From assembly GCF_009834535.1 (NCBI RefSeq), contig NC_045697.1, positions 49,850,001 to 49,914,000 on the forward strand: a DNA stretch of 64,000 bases, read 5' to 3'. Source of the stretch: Camelus ferus (lineage: Eukaryota). A program made the position numbers and the translations under genes. Below are positions 50,601 through 63,569 of the stretch, in pieces. Position 1 is the first letter of the stretch. Each line of letters starts with the position of its first letter. The notes beneath the pieces are model-generated. The model was not told where the DNA came from, ran no database searches, and saw nothing but the letters and a program-made list of their open reading frames with translations.

Positions 50601-52440
50601 ATCAAACATTGGCCTGACTCTCTCTCAAAGCGCTAATGTCTTTAATCAGGATGACACCAAGACACATGAGAATCCCGGGCTGATGATGAACTTGGTTCTC
50701 CTTCAAGTGGATATTTAAAACATGTATTTATTCTATGTTTGTGTAGAAAGGAGGAGGCTGAGTGGGAAGGACAAGAAACATGAGCGGAACTGAAACTTTC
50801 TTTTCTTAACCCAGGCTCTGGCTCTGAATGTATCCAAAACAATTAAAAAACAGCCCTGCAGTTACACCCACTCTCCTAACACAAGCCTGTCACCCAAGCC
50901 CACCTTTGAGGTCTCACTGCACCCACTCCAGACTGGAGTGTATTTGTTCTCTCATGTCCAGTGCCCTCCCCGAGAGACCATCTGGCAGGTAGAGATTTTT
51001 CCATTTTGGAATGTTCTCAGGGGTGTTTAAATTGGTGGCTCTGGTAGCTGGCTGTGTCTCTGGACTTAGCCACAGGAGATCTAGTCTGCCGTGTAAGCTG
51101 CTCAGTCCAATCATTTGAAAAGCCCTAATTTGCTTTTTCAACATCCTGCTCTGAGACCTCCTGCTTCTCTACAGGTCTCAGCATCTCGGCAGTAAAGTAG
51201 TAATAGCTGTGGAGGGTGTCCCTGTGCTTGAGGAAGAGAGACACTCCCTACATCCTAAGTTTTCCTGAAGGCCAGGAGGTTTCTGTCAGTGGTACTCATC
51301 TTTTTGGAAATATGTATCCCCATTTCTCCTCTCCCACAGGTGCTCAAGCTGGCAACTCCTTTTTAACCATTTTACATGGAATCTACTTTACTTCTTCAAA
51401 AACTTGTTGCTCCTAGCCAGGTTTGAGTAGAATCTAATGTTAACTAGGATAAGTTCTTTACTGTTTTTCCCTTGCAAAAATGGGGCATTGTGAATAAAAT
51501 TAACCTCTGAACGGTGAAGCTGGTTTCATTTTCTTCATTTGTAGAAAGAGGATGAAACCTCATTTCCTACAGCTCAGAATTATTTTGAAGCTGACATGAG
51601 ATGAAATAGTGAATAGGTCTAATTATAATCATTTCCATTTTATTGAAGAGATTCTCTACTGACCAGGAAAGAAATCAGTACAGGGGGTAGAATCACTTAT
51701 TCTAAACTAGGAATTGAGGAGGGAAAGGGGACATGGCTTTAACTCCTTTGTTCCTAGAGAAACACCCATGTTTCTTTCCTTTGAGGGTGAAGTGGGGATG
51801 GACAGGGTATAAGACAGGGGCTCAAGGGGGTCACCTGGACAGCCTGGGACTCCAGTGAAAACCCTGCCCTACGGCTCCCTGCCACCTGCCCAAGCCCCAC
51901 TCCCACCTAAGGCTGAGAAAGAGGGACACGGTGGGTGGGGGGAGGCCAAGAAGGGAAGCTCACAGGTTCTGCGGGAGTTTGACAATCACTGTTGTCAGCA
52001 GGAGAAAAGAGATTCTTAACCCCTAATTCTTTCTTCTCTTGCCCCTCATGTATCTCTAACCTCTCTTCTCTCACCTAATCTTAAATCTTGAGTGGTTCTC
52101 ACTAGCCCTTTTCTCCTCATGAATCTTTAGTCACACACAATAAATTGAAAGTAGCAAAGGCTTGAGGCTGGTTAGAATATTTCCAGTTACTTGTCTCTCA
52201 GGAGGTGTCCTCCAGGGGAAATTCTAGTAAACTCCCATTCATCACCATTTTCTGTGAATAATCACTCCACCTCCAATCATTGGGCTCTTTTTAGAATCCA
52301 CATGGCATAGGCTCTGGGTTCTAAATGTTCATGCATGTCATCAACCCTGTGAATTATAAGAGAAGAATCACATCCTCTCTTGAACTAACTCTAACCAGCT
52401 GCAGCCATTTCTTTCCTCTTTTTGGCACCTTAGAGTTTAA

Positions 52441-52588
52441 GGGGTGGAGGGATAAATTGGGAGTTCAGGATTAGCAGACAGTAACTAGTATATACAAAAT
52501 AGATAAACAACAGGGTCCTACTGTATAGCACAGGGGACTATATTCAATACTTTGTAATAGCCTATGATGAAAAAGAATATGAAAAGGA

Positions 52589-52619
<31 letters not shown>

Positions 52620-52688
52620 TATAAAACTATGGTGTATACTAGAAATTAACACAACATTGTAAACCAACTCTACTTCAATTAAAAAAAA
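52441..52688 (+). mobile_element. Lineage-specific L1 3' end
   Basis: gggataaattgggagttcaggattagcagac...ctactgtatagcacagggg...tacttcaattaaaaaaaa. Confidence 0.9.
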
Positions 52689-54929
52689 GAACTCTGCTCT
52701 TAACCGTTCACCTACAGGACAGAATCTAGAAATACCCTGTTTGGATGGGAAGGGTAGTTACCCCATGGGAAGAACCTTAGAGGAAGCTAGGACGTGAGTC
52801 AGGGGAAAGAGAAGAGGAAGAGGGATTTAGTCTTTCAGAGTCATCAGAATTAAGGTTTGCGATATGGGGGCGTGTGTGTGCATGTGTGAAATGAACATCA
52901 TCCCAGGGGACTTAAGAACGTGTAAGAAGACCAACTGAAAAAACAAAACGAAGACAGAAAGAAGAGACCCTCCTGCCTGGTCACTGAGGGTGGGTAGCCT
53001 GTGAGCAGGAGGGACGTGGGGGTTTTCCTGGAACTCCACGTGGGCCTGCTTTGGGAGAAGAGAGACCATGCGTCTTCCTTTCCTACATTTGTTTCAGAGC
53101 TGCTGGGGAGGAGGTGCTGCGCTTTTGTCATATCTACTCCCCTAACCTGAGGGGAATTCCTCAAATAAGCTGAGGGTGTTGCACTAAACCCGAGATTTGG
53201 TTTTGAAAAGTTATTACCCTTTTTCTTCTTTACTTTACATTGAGATCATCAGCTTGTGGGTTTTGCATCCTTTACTTCCTCATTTGTCTTCCTCTTTCTC
53301 GTTAAGAAGTCGTCATTGATCCCACTCCAGGGCAAAGGAGGCAGCAACAGAGCCCTCTTGAAAACCAGATGCTTGGGAATAAGACCGAGTGAAACATCTG
53401 CTGGGTGCAATCATGGAAAGGACTATTCGGTGCTGACTGTTGCACTTGGGAATGGTGGAATTAGCACATCACCCATACCCTCCACATCCCCTGTCAGAGT
53501 GCAATTTCCTTGAGAGGATAAAGGTTGATTGGCCATATAGTTACCTTTTGTTTTCATGATGTCAGACATCTTTTCTTTTTGCTCTAGTGTCCTTTAGAAT
53601 TGAGATACTGTGTAATTTCAGTGGCAAGGATGGCAATCCAATGACCTCTATTTTTGTTTCCTTTATTGGTAGGCTAAAATGGACTATTTAGAATGTTTTA
53701 ATCTGGAAAAAAACCTAGTGATTTTAGCATGTGCTATTGCTTTTGATTTTCTAGCTCATCAGGGCACAGTATTGAGCCCTGCACAGCCTAAAATAAAAGA
53801 AGAGACATTTTTGGTGGTCTTGCAAAGGTTGGGGGGAAATCTCTATTCACCAAACTAATCCAAAATATTTTCCCCTTGTTTTGTTTTCAAACTTTGTCTC
53901 TGGCTTGTGGGATTTGGGCTTCTAAAAATAGTTTGTTAGCAAAATAACAATGATGATAATGCCTCCACATTCTGCATAAAATTTATTTCTTTAATAAGCA
54001 ACTAATAAATGATTAGGGTAATTAATATTTGCACATGGTACCAATTCCAAAAGTACAAAAGTGTTTCCAATGGAAGGCAGGTTTCCCTCCCATTCTTGTC
54101 CCTGCAACCACCTAGTTTTCCCTTCTGATACATGCATACTTACCAAAGAAGGCAGTTTAAAAATATAAATAAAAGAAAATTATTCACAACCTTAGTTATT
54201 CAATTTAAAATTAGAAATAGCTTCTTTTCTCCTGAATGACACTTGCAGAAGTGATGTCTAGTTTGATTTAATAGTTCCTTTTTGTTTGATATTCTCCACC
54301 CTCTTTCATATAGCTATGTTTAATATAATATCCCTAGACATTCAAAATTACCCTTATTCTGAGATAATCCCTATAAATTCCTTAAGGGTACTGAAAGTGT
54401 CTCCTTCTACTCAGAATGAATCACGAGGTTTGCTTTCAAACTTCAGACTCACGGACAAAAATTTGAACCTCCTAATTCAGCCCAAGTACAAAGCAATTAA
54501 GGGCTTAAAAAGGATTAGAATTTTGAAAATCACAGGAGTCCAATTTGACTCTTGCTCTTAACTAAAAATGTTTGAAATAGCCTCCTTCATTCTAATAGCA
54601 GTTTGTAGAAATGTTTTCTCTCAGGTTAATTGGATCTTTTTTCTTCTAGGGAGTCTAGGGAAAGAGAGTGTGGTTACAGTATTTTATGAAGGGTTTTTAT
54701 CACCAATATTGGTGTTGTCTTCCATGGGTCACATTTCCCAATCTGTTCCCTGTCTCCTTTGTTGTCCTGAGGCTGTTAAGGGAGGAAGTGACTGCACTGA
54801 AGAGAGAAGACTAGATTCGCTGCTCTGGGACCGCTGTCTAATTTGGGTCTAGACTTGAAGTCAGGGCACTGGAAGGGCGGGTTAACATCCCTAAAAGAAT
54901 GTGAGTATGAAACAATAAAAGGTTTATGA

Positions 54930-56100
54930 AGTTGGACTTCTGGCTTCCAGTCCAGCATCTGGCATGGAAGGCTTTGGAAGTTGTCACTCCCCTCTTCATA
55001 ACAACAACAACCAAAAAGTGCTGAACAAACTGAAAAGCAAAAACTCTTCTTATATCCCTCAGAGAATTGTGGTCAAAGGGCAAACTGCTGTCCCCAAATT
55101 GCAGAGACACACAGGTGAAGGAGAGGATCATAATTTACCAGAGCAGAAGCCTCTGCAGGAAGTAGCACAAGGGTAGAACAACTGAAAGTAGAATTAATGA
55201 ATTGCTGGAGGCTCAGTGTGGATGTTTTTGAGAGTTAAAAACTCCCAAAGGGTCTAGGTTTAGTGAGAGCCCCGCAATTCTATGAGTTTTACCTCTAGGA
55301 GCTCTCGCACATTCTCACAGCCAAGATAGGAGTAGCCATTCTGAAATACCCTGGAGTACTCTGCTCTGAACAATGCGTGCATCAGGGGAAATTTTACAAG
55401 ATCCTAACAGACTGTGGTTTTACCAGAGCCTAACCCACCTGGAGGAAAGGAAATAGCCCATCCAATCCTTTGTAATCTTGTTGTCTCACCTAAAGGAGAT
55501 AAAAATCAAAACTGAGAAGATCGCAGCCCAGGGGTACAGACTCACCGGCTCACTAAAGGGCTAAGACCCAGCTGTGGAACTACAGAATGCTTTCTGTTCC
55601 TCCCACCCCCATACCTTACCACCATTTCAATAGGACTCCCGAACAACAACAGGAAATTTCAGCTGAAAGAACTGCGCATCTCAGATCTTATTTGGGAAGA
55701 AGTCTTTAGGAAAACGCAAAGACAAGGCAGGGTGCTACAAAAGCAAGAACACCAGAGAAAATTCTTGCCTCTGATACCTACGGTTTTAGCAAATACCAAA
55801 CACAGCCTAATTCCTAGCCAGATAAACAGAAAACACAAAAGGCCCATTTACTACATTTCCTTTTACTCAGTACATCATGTCTAGCTTTCAGAAAAAATTA
55901 CAAAGCATACTCGAAGACAAAAAACCCAAAACAACACACACACACACTCACACACACATACACACACTCACACACACATGACCAGATGGAGAATCAGCCT
56001 CAGATATGGCAGAGATTTTAGAACAATCAGACCTGGCATTTAAAACACTTATGATTAATATACCAAGGGCTTTAATGGAGAAATGAAGAACACGCATGGA
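54930..56100 (+). mobile_element. 5'UTR and ORF1 start of an old L1M (L1MC/MD-type)
   Basis: ggacttctggcttcc...gaagttgtcactcc...gctgaacaaactgaaaa; ORF1-like start cagatatggcagagattttagaacaatcagac...tttaaaacacttatgattaatat. Confidence 0.7.
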
Positions 56101-56789
56101 CAAGTGGGTAGTAATAATGCTCAGGGCTTTTAGCTGTACTTAGAAAAAGGGATATGAAAAAGTATGTCTGTTCCATATTCTTGGAGGTGGAACTCTAAAC
56201 TATAACTTAAAAAAAGTTTATTCTGTTTCTCTTCATTGTCTATTTCCTCTGAATTACTGTTTCTGTATATTTATTTCTCTTTTTTCTTTAATATTAAAGA
56301 CTTTCCTCAGAGGTGTGGTGATCCCTGGCTGTCCATTCATATTTAAGATAAGTAAAACTGATAAGAATTTACATCAGTGAGAGGCGTGGGACCTGCCCAC
56401 TCATTGTAAAGTTATTGGACAGGGATCTAACCATTTCTTGAGAGAATGTGTAAATTTATGAAGTGCCAATTTCTAAAGGTCTTTTCTTTTAGGAGTGTCC
56501 CTTTTATTTTTCCAGGTAGTCATCCTCAAATATCCTGTCTGGTGCTGAGTCTGACATTGTAGTAGCTAAAGGAGGAAGAGAGCTGAATATCCCACTGTAT
56601 TCATACTTTTATTTAATCTCTCTGCCCTTAGTACTACCATGCACTCTGCTCCTCTTTCCAGGGTTGTGCTATAGTTCTCATGTCTTATGGTGTGCAAAGG
56701 TGATGGGGGTGGGAGGCCGTTTACTAGTCCTTAATCATCAGACCACATAGGTCACAGCTGAGCCACCCATTGTTTCTGTGTGCACAGTG

Positions 56790-57312
56790 TTGGTTTCTGT
56801 GTACACAATTCTCTACCAATCATGGCTTCTTGTATTCCACTGTCTTATGAGCAGAGGCATAGCTAGTTTATTCCAGATGATCTTTTCAAGGATGTTCATA
56901 TAGCAAGTAGACTTGGAAGATAGGGATAGTGTCTCGCTCTGGGCTAGAGGGAAGATTTGTTGGCGTCCTCGTATAGTATAGATAACGGCACTCTTTAGGA
57001 CAAAGGCTGGGCAGATTTTCTTGTAGCCTCTTTAACATATTGAGGTTTCTGAAAATTGAGCATCCTCAGCTGTGATGTAAACCCACTGCAAGTGCGATGT
57101 CCATTTGCGCTGTTTCGTGTAGTCCCTGGGAGACTGAGAAATGAGGTAAACCAATGTGCACATGAAGAGAATGCTGCCTGCTGTGCCTGGAGTAATAACA
57201 TCCTTAGCCTCTGTCGTGGGTGACTTGTGTTTTCTGTCAGCATGAGTGAAACTGTGGCCATTTAACTTGTAAGCTTGCAAGTAGAGTAAAATCAGAGACA
57301 TTAACTCTGTGC
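56790..57312 (+). mobile_element. ERVL-class LTR (MER74/MER54-like)
   Basis: tcttttcaaggatgtt...cttggaagatagggatagtgtctc; 3' end tgaaactgtggccatttaacttgtaagcttgcaagtagagtaaaatc. Confidence 0.7.
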
Positions 57313-58911
57313 TAAAATACCATGCGCGGGCCTCAGGAGTCTTTAGGAGCCTGCCTTTGCTCTGTCTTCCTTGACACCCCACGCAGCTGTTCCAGTTCTG
57401 GCCCTCCTGCCTCCCCAGTATAGGACTAGAATACCAGGCTGAATCCTGCTGCTCTGGGATCCATAACCTCCCTGTTTCCTTTCCCCAGTTTGGAAATATC
57501 TCTTTTAAATATGAGAGAAATCCTTCTCCTTTCATGTTTCTTCGAACTGCTCTTTCCATTCCCACAAGTTCCTGTAACCCAAAGATTCAGGTTTTGCAAA
57601 ACAAAAGCCAAAAACATCTTCCAGTACTTTCCTGCTTCCAAGCCTACCACTCAGCTCTTCTGAGAAAAAGAGCAACCTCTCCACTGTTTGAGTGTGGGAC
57701 AAAAAGGGGAAATACAGGGAGAAAAAGGCTCTGGTGCATTGCTATCTCAAAATGTTATTCAGCCACATTTATTCTGTGTTTGACAAATGCCTCCAGTTCT
57801 CACTGAACACTCTTACTCACATTACCAGAACCCAAGGCACCCACCCACCCTGCTGCCAACTTTTCCATGGGGGTTTAGTAATTCTGTAATAACTTTCCAA
57901 AGCCTGTAGTAGGGACAGAGACAGGAACAGTGCCGAATGCTTTGCCAGCCTCCCAGATTTCCATAGCTACTCCCTGCCTGCTTCATTCCCATCAATCCCT
58001 GTACCAACGGATGGGACCCTCCAGAGGTCCACACAGAGCCTGAACTTGATACATCCTGGAACAGTTAGAGTCATGGAGCCCCTTCCGAGCACAGCGGAGT
58101 CTCTGAGGATAAGATGAAGCTAGGAGCAGGAGGCAGGTGAAAGGCACTTTTTTTTTTTCTGGGAAAACAAAGAATGAAATGAGGAATGGATGATGTGGAT
58201 ACTCTTAAGTTCATCTGGCAGACCGAAGAGATGGGGAGAGCGTCCACTAGCTTTGAGCAGTTAAAGAGAAAAGTCTTTCATCTGGCCCTTGGAGAGTTGG
58301 CCTTTGACCCCAATTCAGGGAGAAAATGGCCATAGGGAGGTCATGCTTGTAATTCAGCGAGAGCTGGAAAAACAAGTATGTAAATGAGAGTTGGGAGAAG
58401 GATGTTAAAGGGCTTTTATAACTGTGTCATTTTTGTGTCCCCCTGACTGGCCCTGTGACTTCCTAGAAGGAATTTTCCGGGTTGTCCTCTCTAACATTAG
58501 GTTTCAAAAGATAAATTAATGTTTTCCTTGTTATACTTCAAACTGAGACATTGAGTAAATTCACTAAACTTAGACATTTAGTGAAGAATATTTTTTGGTC
58601 TATGTTTTGAGAAAAGTTATCATTTTCAATATTTTGACAGTTAAAATGAACACTTAATTCATCCTGAGCCATTTAACCTGAGTTTCAATTTCCAGATTGT
58701 CCTCAGGGCTTTCGTAAGATCATCTTCCCTTAGGGACTTCTGCATGTGGGGCGATCAGATTTCACCATCTTGAGATATATACACCTCTGACCTCCAACCC
58801 ATGGACAGAAAATTGGGCTCCTTAATTGAACTAGCTTACAGAAAAATGAAAGGGCTGTTACTGGTATATGATTAAGAAGGTAAAATGAAAATTCTTCATG
58901 AGTCTAATCTA

Positions 58912-59446
58912 TTTTTTAAAACAATTTTTAAATTGAAGTATAGTTAATTTTCAGTGCAGTATTAGTTTCAGGTGTATAGCAAACTGATTCAGTTATATAT
59001 ATACAAATATTTATATTCTTTTTCAGGTTCTGAATATATATATATTCAGTTATATATATACAAATACATACTTTTTTTTGAGATTCTTTTCCATCATAAG
59101 CTAGTACAAGGCATTGAATATAGTTCCCTGTGCTATACAGTAGGTCCTTGTTATTTACCTATCTCATATACAGTATGTATATATGTTAATCCCAAACTCC
59201 TAATTTATCCCTTCCCTGTCCCCTCCTTCCCCCTTTGGTAACCATACGTTTGTTTTCTATGTCTGAGTCTATTTCTGTTTTGTAAATAAGTTCATTCGTA
59301 TCTTTTAAAAAAATTTCTATGTATAAGTGGTATCATATGATATTTGTCTTTTTCTGTCTGACTTACTTCATTTGGTATGATAATCTCTAGGTCCACCCAT
59401 GTTGCTGCAAATGGCATTATTTCATTTTTTATGGCTGAATAATATT

Positions 59447-59500
<54 letters not shown>

Positions 59501-59743
59501 AAACAACACTTATTATGGTTTATAAAATTAATAATTATATATATATTATATATATACATATATATACATCTTTCTCCATTCCTCTGTCAATGAACACTTA
59601 GGTTGCTTCTATGACTTCACTACTGTAAATAGTGCTGTTATTAACATCTTTTGTATCTTTTCAAATTAGAGTTTTCTCTGGATATATGTCCAGGAGTGGG
59701 TTGCTGGATCATATGGCAACTCTATTTTTAGTTTTTTAAGGAG
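58912..59743 (-). mobile_element. 5'-truncated lineage-specific L1 with 18-bp TSD, carrying internal rearrangements
   Basis: TSD cttcatgagtctaatcta (58894-58911) / cttcatgagtctgatcta (59744-59761); typical 3'UTR; internal (TG)n at 59449-59497. Confidence 0.92.
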
Positions 59744-61477
59744 CTTCATGAGTCTGATCTAAATGATTCCTTCTGACTAAAATATTTGATTACTTTTTAT
59801 CTTTTTGATAGATTGTGGGAATATTTTACAGATTTTGGTTGATGTCTACTCGGTCTTTTCTCAGGATGGGTCACAGTGAGGAAAGAAGATGTAATTAACA
59901 TAGTGATGTGATTTCAGTTCTCATCATTAATATAAGGCTTCCTAGTGGTCCCAAGCTTCTGAGTCTTCTTGCTCCCTCTCCTTACTGTCTGGGTGCTGAG
60001 TCTCCTGCTTTGTCACCCGGGTCCATGGTGCTCTTCTCTGTTATAGCATAATTTTCATGCATTTTTATGTCAACAAAATATGATATTGCTCCCCACTAAG
60101 AATTTAGAAGGGAAGAAAGGAAATAAGTGATCAGGGAAGAAAAATTCTGTTTTGGGTTTTGTTTATTTTCTCCTGAGCAATAAGTAGGTGAAAAGAGTCT
60201 TGATTCTGGAAAGATCAAGAGTGGAGTTTGTCAGTGCTGGTGGTGGGAGGGGTGTGGTGATGAGAAGAGGGGTTTGGATGATTTCTTCTCTCCATCCTCA
60301 CCATTTCTATGGATTTTGGTGAAAATGCTATATACTGTGAGGAAGAAAACAGTCCCCATTTCCTCACTAAAGAATCACCTCTGTCCTTGGACAGAAAAGG
60401 GACCACAAAGTGGACCATTCATAGACCACATTTATGTTCTGGATCTGTTTTCGAAAGACATGCACAGTATTGTAAACCTTCCCTTGCTGTTTTTGGGAAG
60501 AATCAAGGCAGAAAGGGTTGAAGGAAAGCTCTGCTTTCTCTAGCTAGTGGGATCGCCAGTGAGGGTGGAGGCTGGACTATGACATTTGGACCTCAAAAAA
60601 TTAGGGTTTGGTTTTGTTTGTTCTTCAAATGAGGATAGTAAATGAGTGAAAACAGATCAACAAAAGTGCCTTTGGTTTTCACTGGAAGGAAGTTTATTAT
60701 TTCAAGTGTTTTCTACTGATATGTCTAAGTTAACTCTCCTTGTATCGTCTGTCCTAAATCTCTCCTTTCCAGACTTTCTGAGTGAAGAGCGCAGCTTTAA
60801 GTCTTTCATCACTAGCCATGGAAAAGAATCCTCCCTCAGGGACAGCCTTCCTGTGGGAAGGAGAATGAGTGACAGACAAGAGCTTCCATACTCAGAGTAA
60901 ATCCCATCTGTGACATGATCAAGACTGACCCCTGACCCTTGGGCAGAGAAAAGGGCTTTTAATAGAGCCCACACATAGAATAATGAAAGGGCTAATGTAA
61001 GTTCAAGATCAATGAAAGAATATAAAAATGTAGCTAACCTAACTTCTTCCCACTGCCTGAAACTTTTGAAAAGGGCTTTTCCCCATCTTGAAGAGTGGAA
61101 AGAAGTTGACACCTTGCCTTCATGGATCACAGACAGGAGCTCTCAGATTATAAAAACAGTAATTCACAATCAGAACTTATCAAATATATTTATCTACAAC
61201 ATTCCTATCTTCCAGCCTTCCCCTTCCTACCCAGTGAATGGGAGCAGTAGGATCCCCCCCCCCATCTATGTAGGGGTTCTTACTTGGGTGAGGCGTAAGA
61301 TTAGATCAGTGGTGTATGTGCAGAGGAACAGCAAAGTCAAGAATCATGTGTGCTCTAGTCTTTTATTCTGGATTTTCATAGTGAGACATTTCTTTTCCTT
61401 AAAACAACACTTATTATGGTTTATAAAATTAAAGAACTGAAACATGTTAACAACATTTGGAAAAATAGAAGAGCACA

Positions 61478-61950
61478 TCTGTGTTGCTGCAAATGGCATT
61501 ACTTTATTCTTCTTTATGATCATCATACTAAGTGAAGTAAGCCAGAAAGAGAAAGAAAAATATCATATGATACCACTTATATGTGGAGTCTACAAAAAAA
61601 GACTTATTTACAAATGAACTTCTTTACAAAACAGAGACAGAGAGATTCATAAACATAAAAAACAACCTTATGGTTACAGAGGGGAAAGAGGGTGGAGAGG
61701 AATAAATTGGGAGTTTGAGATTTGCAGATACTAACTACTGTATATAAAATAGATACACAACAAGTTTCTACTGTATAGCACAGGGAACTATATTCAGTAC
61801 CTTGTAATAACCTATAATGAAAAAGAATATGAAAAAGAATATATATATATAACTGAATCACTATGCTGTACACCAGAAATTAACATGTTGTAAATTGGTT
61901 ATACTTCAATTAAAAAAAAAATATCAATGAGATGCTTAAAAAAAAAGAAA
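61478..61950 (+). mobile_element. 5'-inverted (twin-primed) L1 3' end with a bipartite A tail
   Basis: Antisense L1 at ~61476-61517, sense L1 at 61517-61920. TSD aaaaatagaagagcaca (61461-61477) / aaaaatagaaagacaca (61951-61967). Confidence 0.85.
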
Positions 61951-63569
61951 AAAAATAGAAAGACACAAAGGAAAAAAAATCTTTCCAGGGAACTCTTCCT
62001 GAGGCTCATCTTGAATAAAAGGCTGTTACAGCCCCAGGTACCTACAGGGGTAAAATGTAGTGTGGAGGCAGAGGCAGCAGTGGGAGGGGGGAATTCTGTT
62101 CTTGACCCTGGGGATGGGCAGGGGAAAGCATAGGGTTTTTCCTGTCTTTGAATAGAGAACACGGAATATCATTTCTATGGTCTGGGAAGAGCTATGACTT
62201 AGGGAAGAAGAGGGGATATATTCTATTTCTGACTTTCCTTCTATCTTGGCAGAATAGCAAGAATTTCAGCCCAGGTAGAGGGTCAGCAGCACACTAGGTT
62301 TCTGAAGGTGAAAGTCATGTGGACTAGAGACTGGGCTGAACTCAGGTCTGGAAAACTAGTAACTAGCGTAAGTCCTTTGGGGAGACAGTCATTTCAGAAG
62401 CTATTATATGTAAATAACGTAAATATAAAAGATAGCTTTTAACCTAAAAGTGCAACATATACATTTATTTCTTTCTATTTTCTTTCTAAAGTGAAATGCT
62501 TTTCTGTGGAAAAGATAATAGGTAAGTGTATACACACACACACACATAAATTTATTCCTATACATATACATGTCCAAATTGACTTTCCATGCACTGTTCC
62601 TTGTAACTTTTCCTTGGTTTCTCTATTTATAGATCTGTAAGATACTTCATGGTTACATAGAAATCCTTTCATCACTGTTCTTGCCTCCTCATTCTCAGAA
62701 TGATTCCCTAAAGTCTTCTTCCGTGATGGACCAAAGCCTGACCTCTGACCTATGAACAAGAATTGAACTCTTTGATGTGATCTCTGCATACATTATTCAT
62801 TGGGAAACTCTAAACATTAAATATTCACTGTGTAGGAGACCCACTTATATCCCTTCTTATGTTTAGTACATTTTAAATAGTCTCTTTTCTTCATTTTATC
62901 TCTTTTTTTTTTTATCATATAGTCCACTTTACTTTGTTTTTATTTGCCCTTGCTCTCTGTTTTAAATGATACAGCTCTAATGGTCTCAAGGCTTAAGTCT
63001 TACAGTCTTCAGGGTCTGATGAGTTTCTCTCTGGCTTCCCAGTTTCTTGGGACATGCATAATGAGTTTTAGGGATGAAGAAGAGAAGACAGAGCCTGGAT
63101 GTCTGTGTTAGTTCTTTTTCTCCAGTCTTGAACTCCGGAATCCAAAAGAGCCCAAGAAGCAAGTTCTGTGCAGAGGGTCATCTCCAAGAATACCAGGATA
63201 AAAGGCAGATGAAAGAAATTTGTATGAAGAAAGGGATGAGTGATAGGAGGAAATATTGAAGAAAACTTCAAGGCAGAGAGGGAGCTATATGTTCTAGTTT
63301 GGGGAGGTGATGGGGAAATGGTAGTCCCCTCTGATGTATCTTGCCCTTAAGATGGGGAAAATTACATAACTCAGGAGGGAATGGTCCTTAGAAAGTTTGG
63401 TGACTGAGAAAAACCCTGGTGCACACTAATGGGACAGGTTGGTGTGAAGGAGACCTAACTATTGCTATGTGGTAAAGCCGTTGGTGAGACTGTTAGGAGA
63501 TTATCTTGTAGACTTTCCAGAGGTATCTGTCAGCTGAAATGGCTATTATTAGGAATAGTTGAAAAGGCA

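Noticed and set aside
57032..57565. Longest ORF (177 aa, minus strand)
   Set aside because: It half-overlaps an LTR in antisense, has no recognisable domain, and the start is not a true ATG context; consistent with chance.
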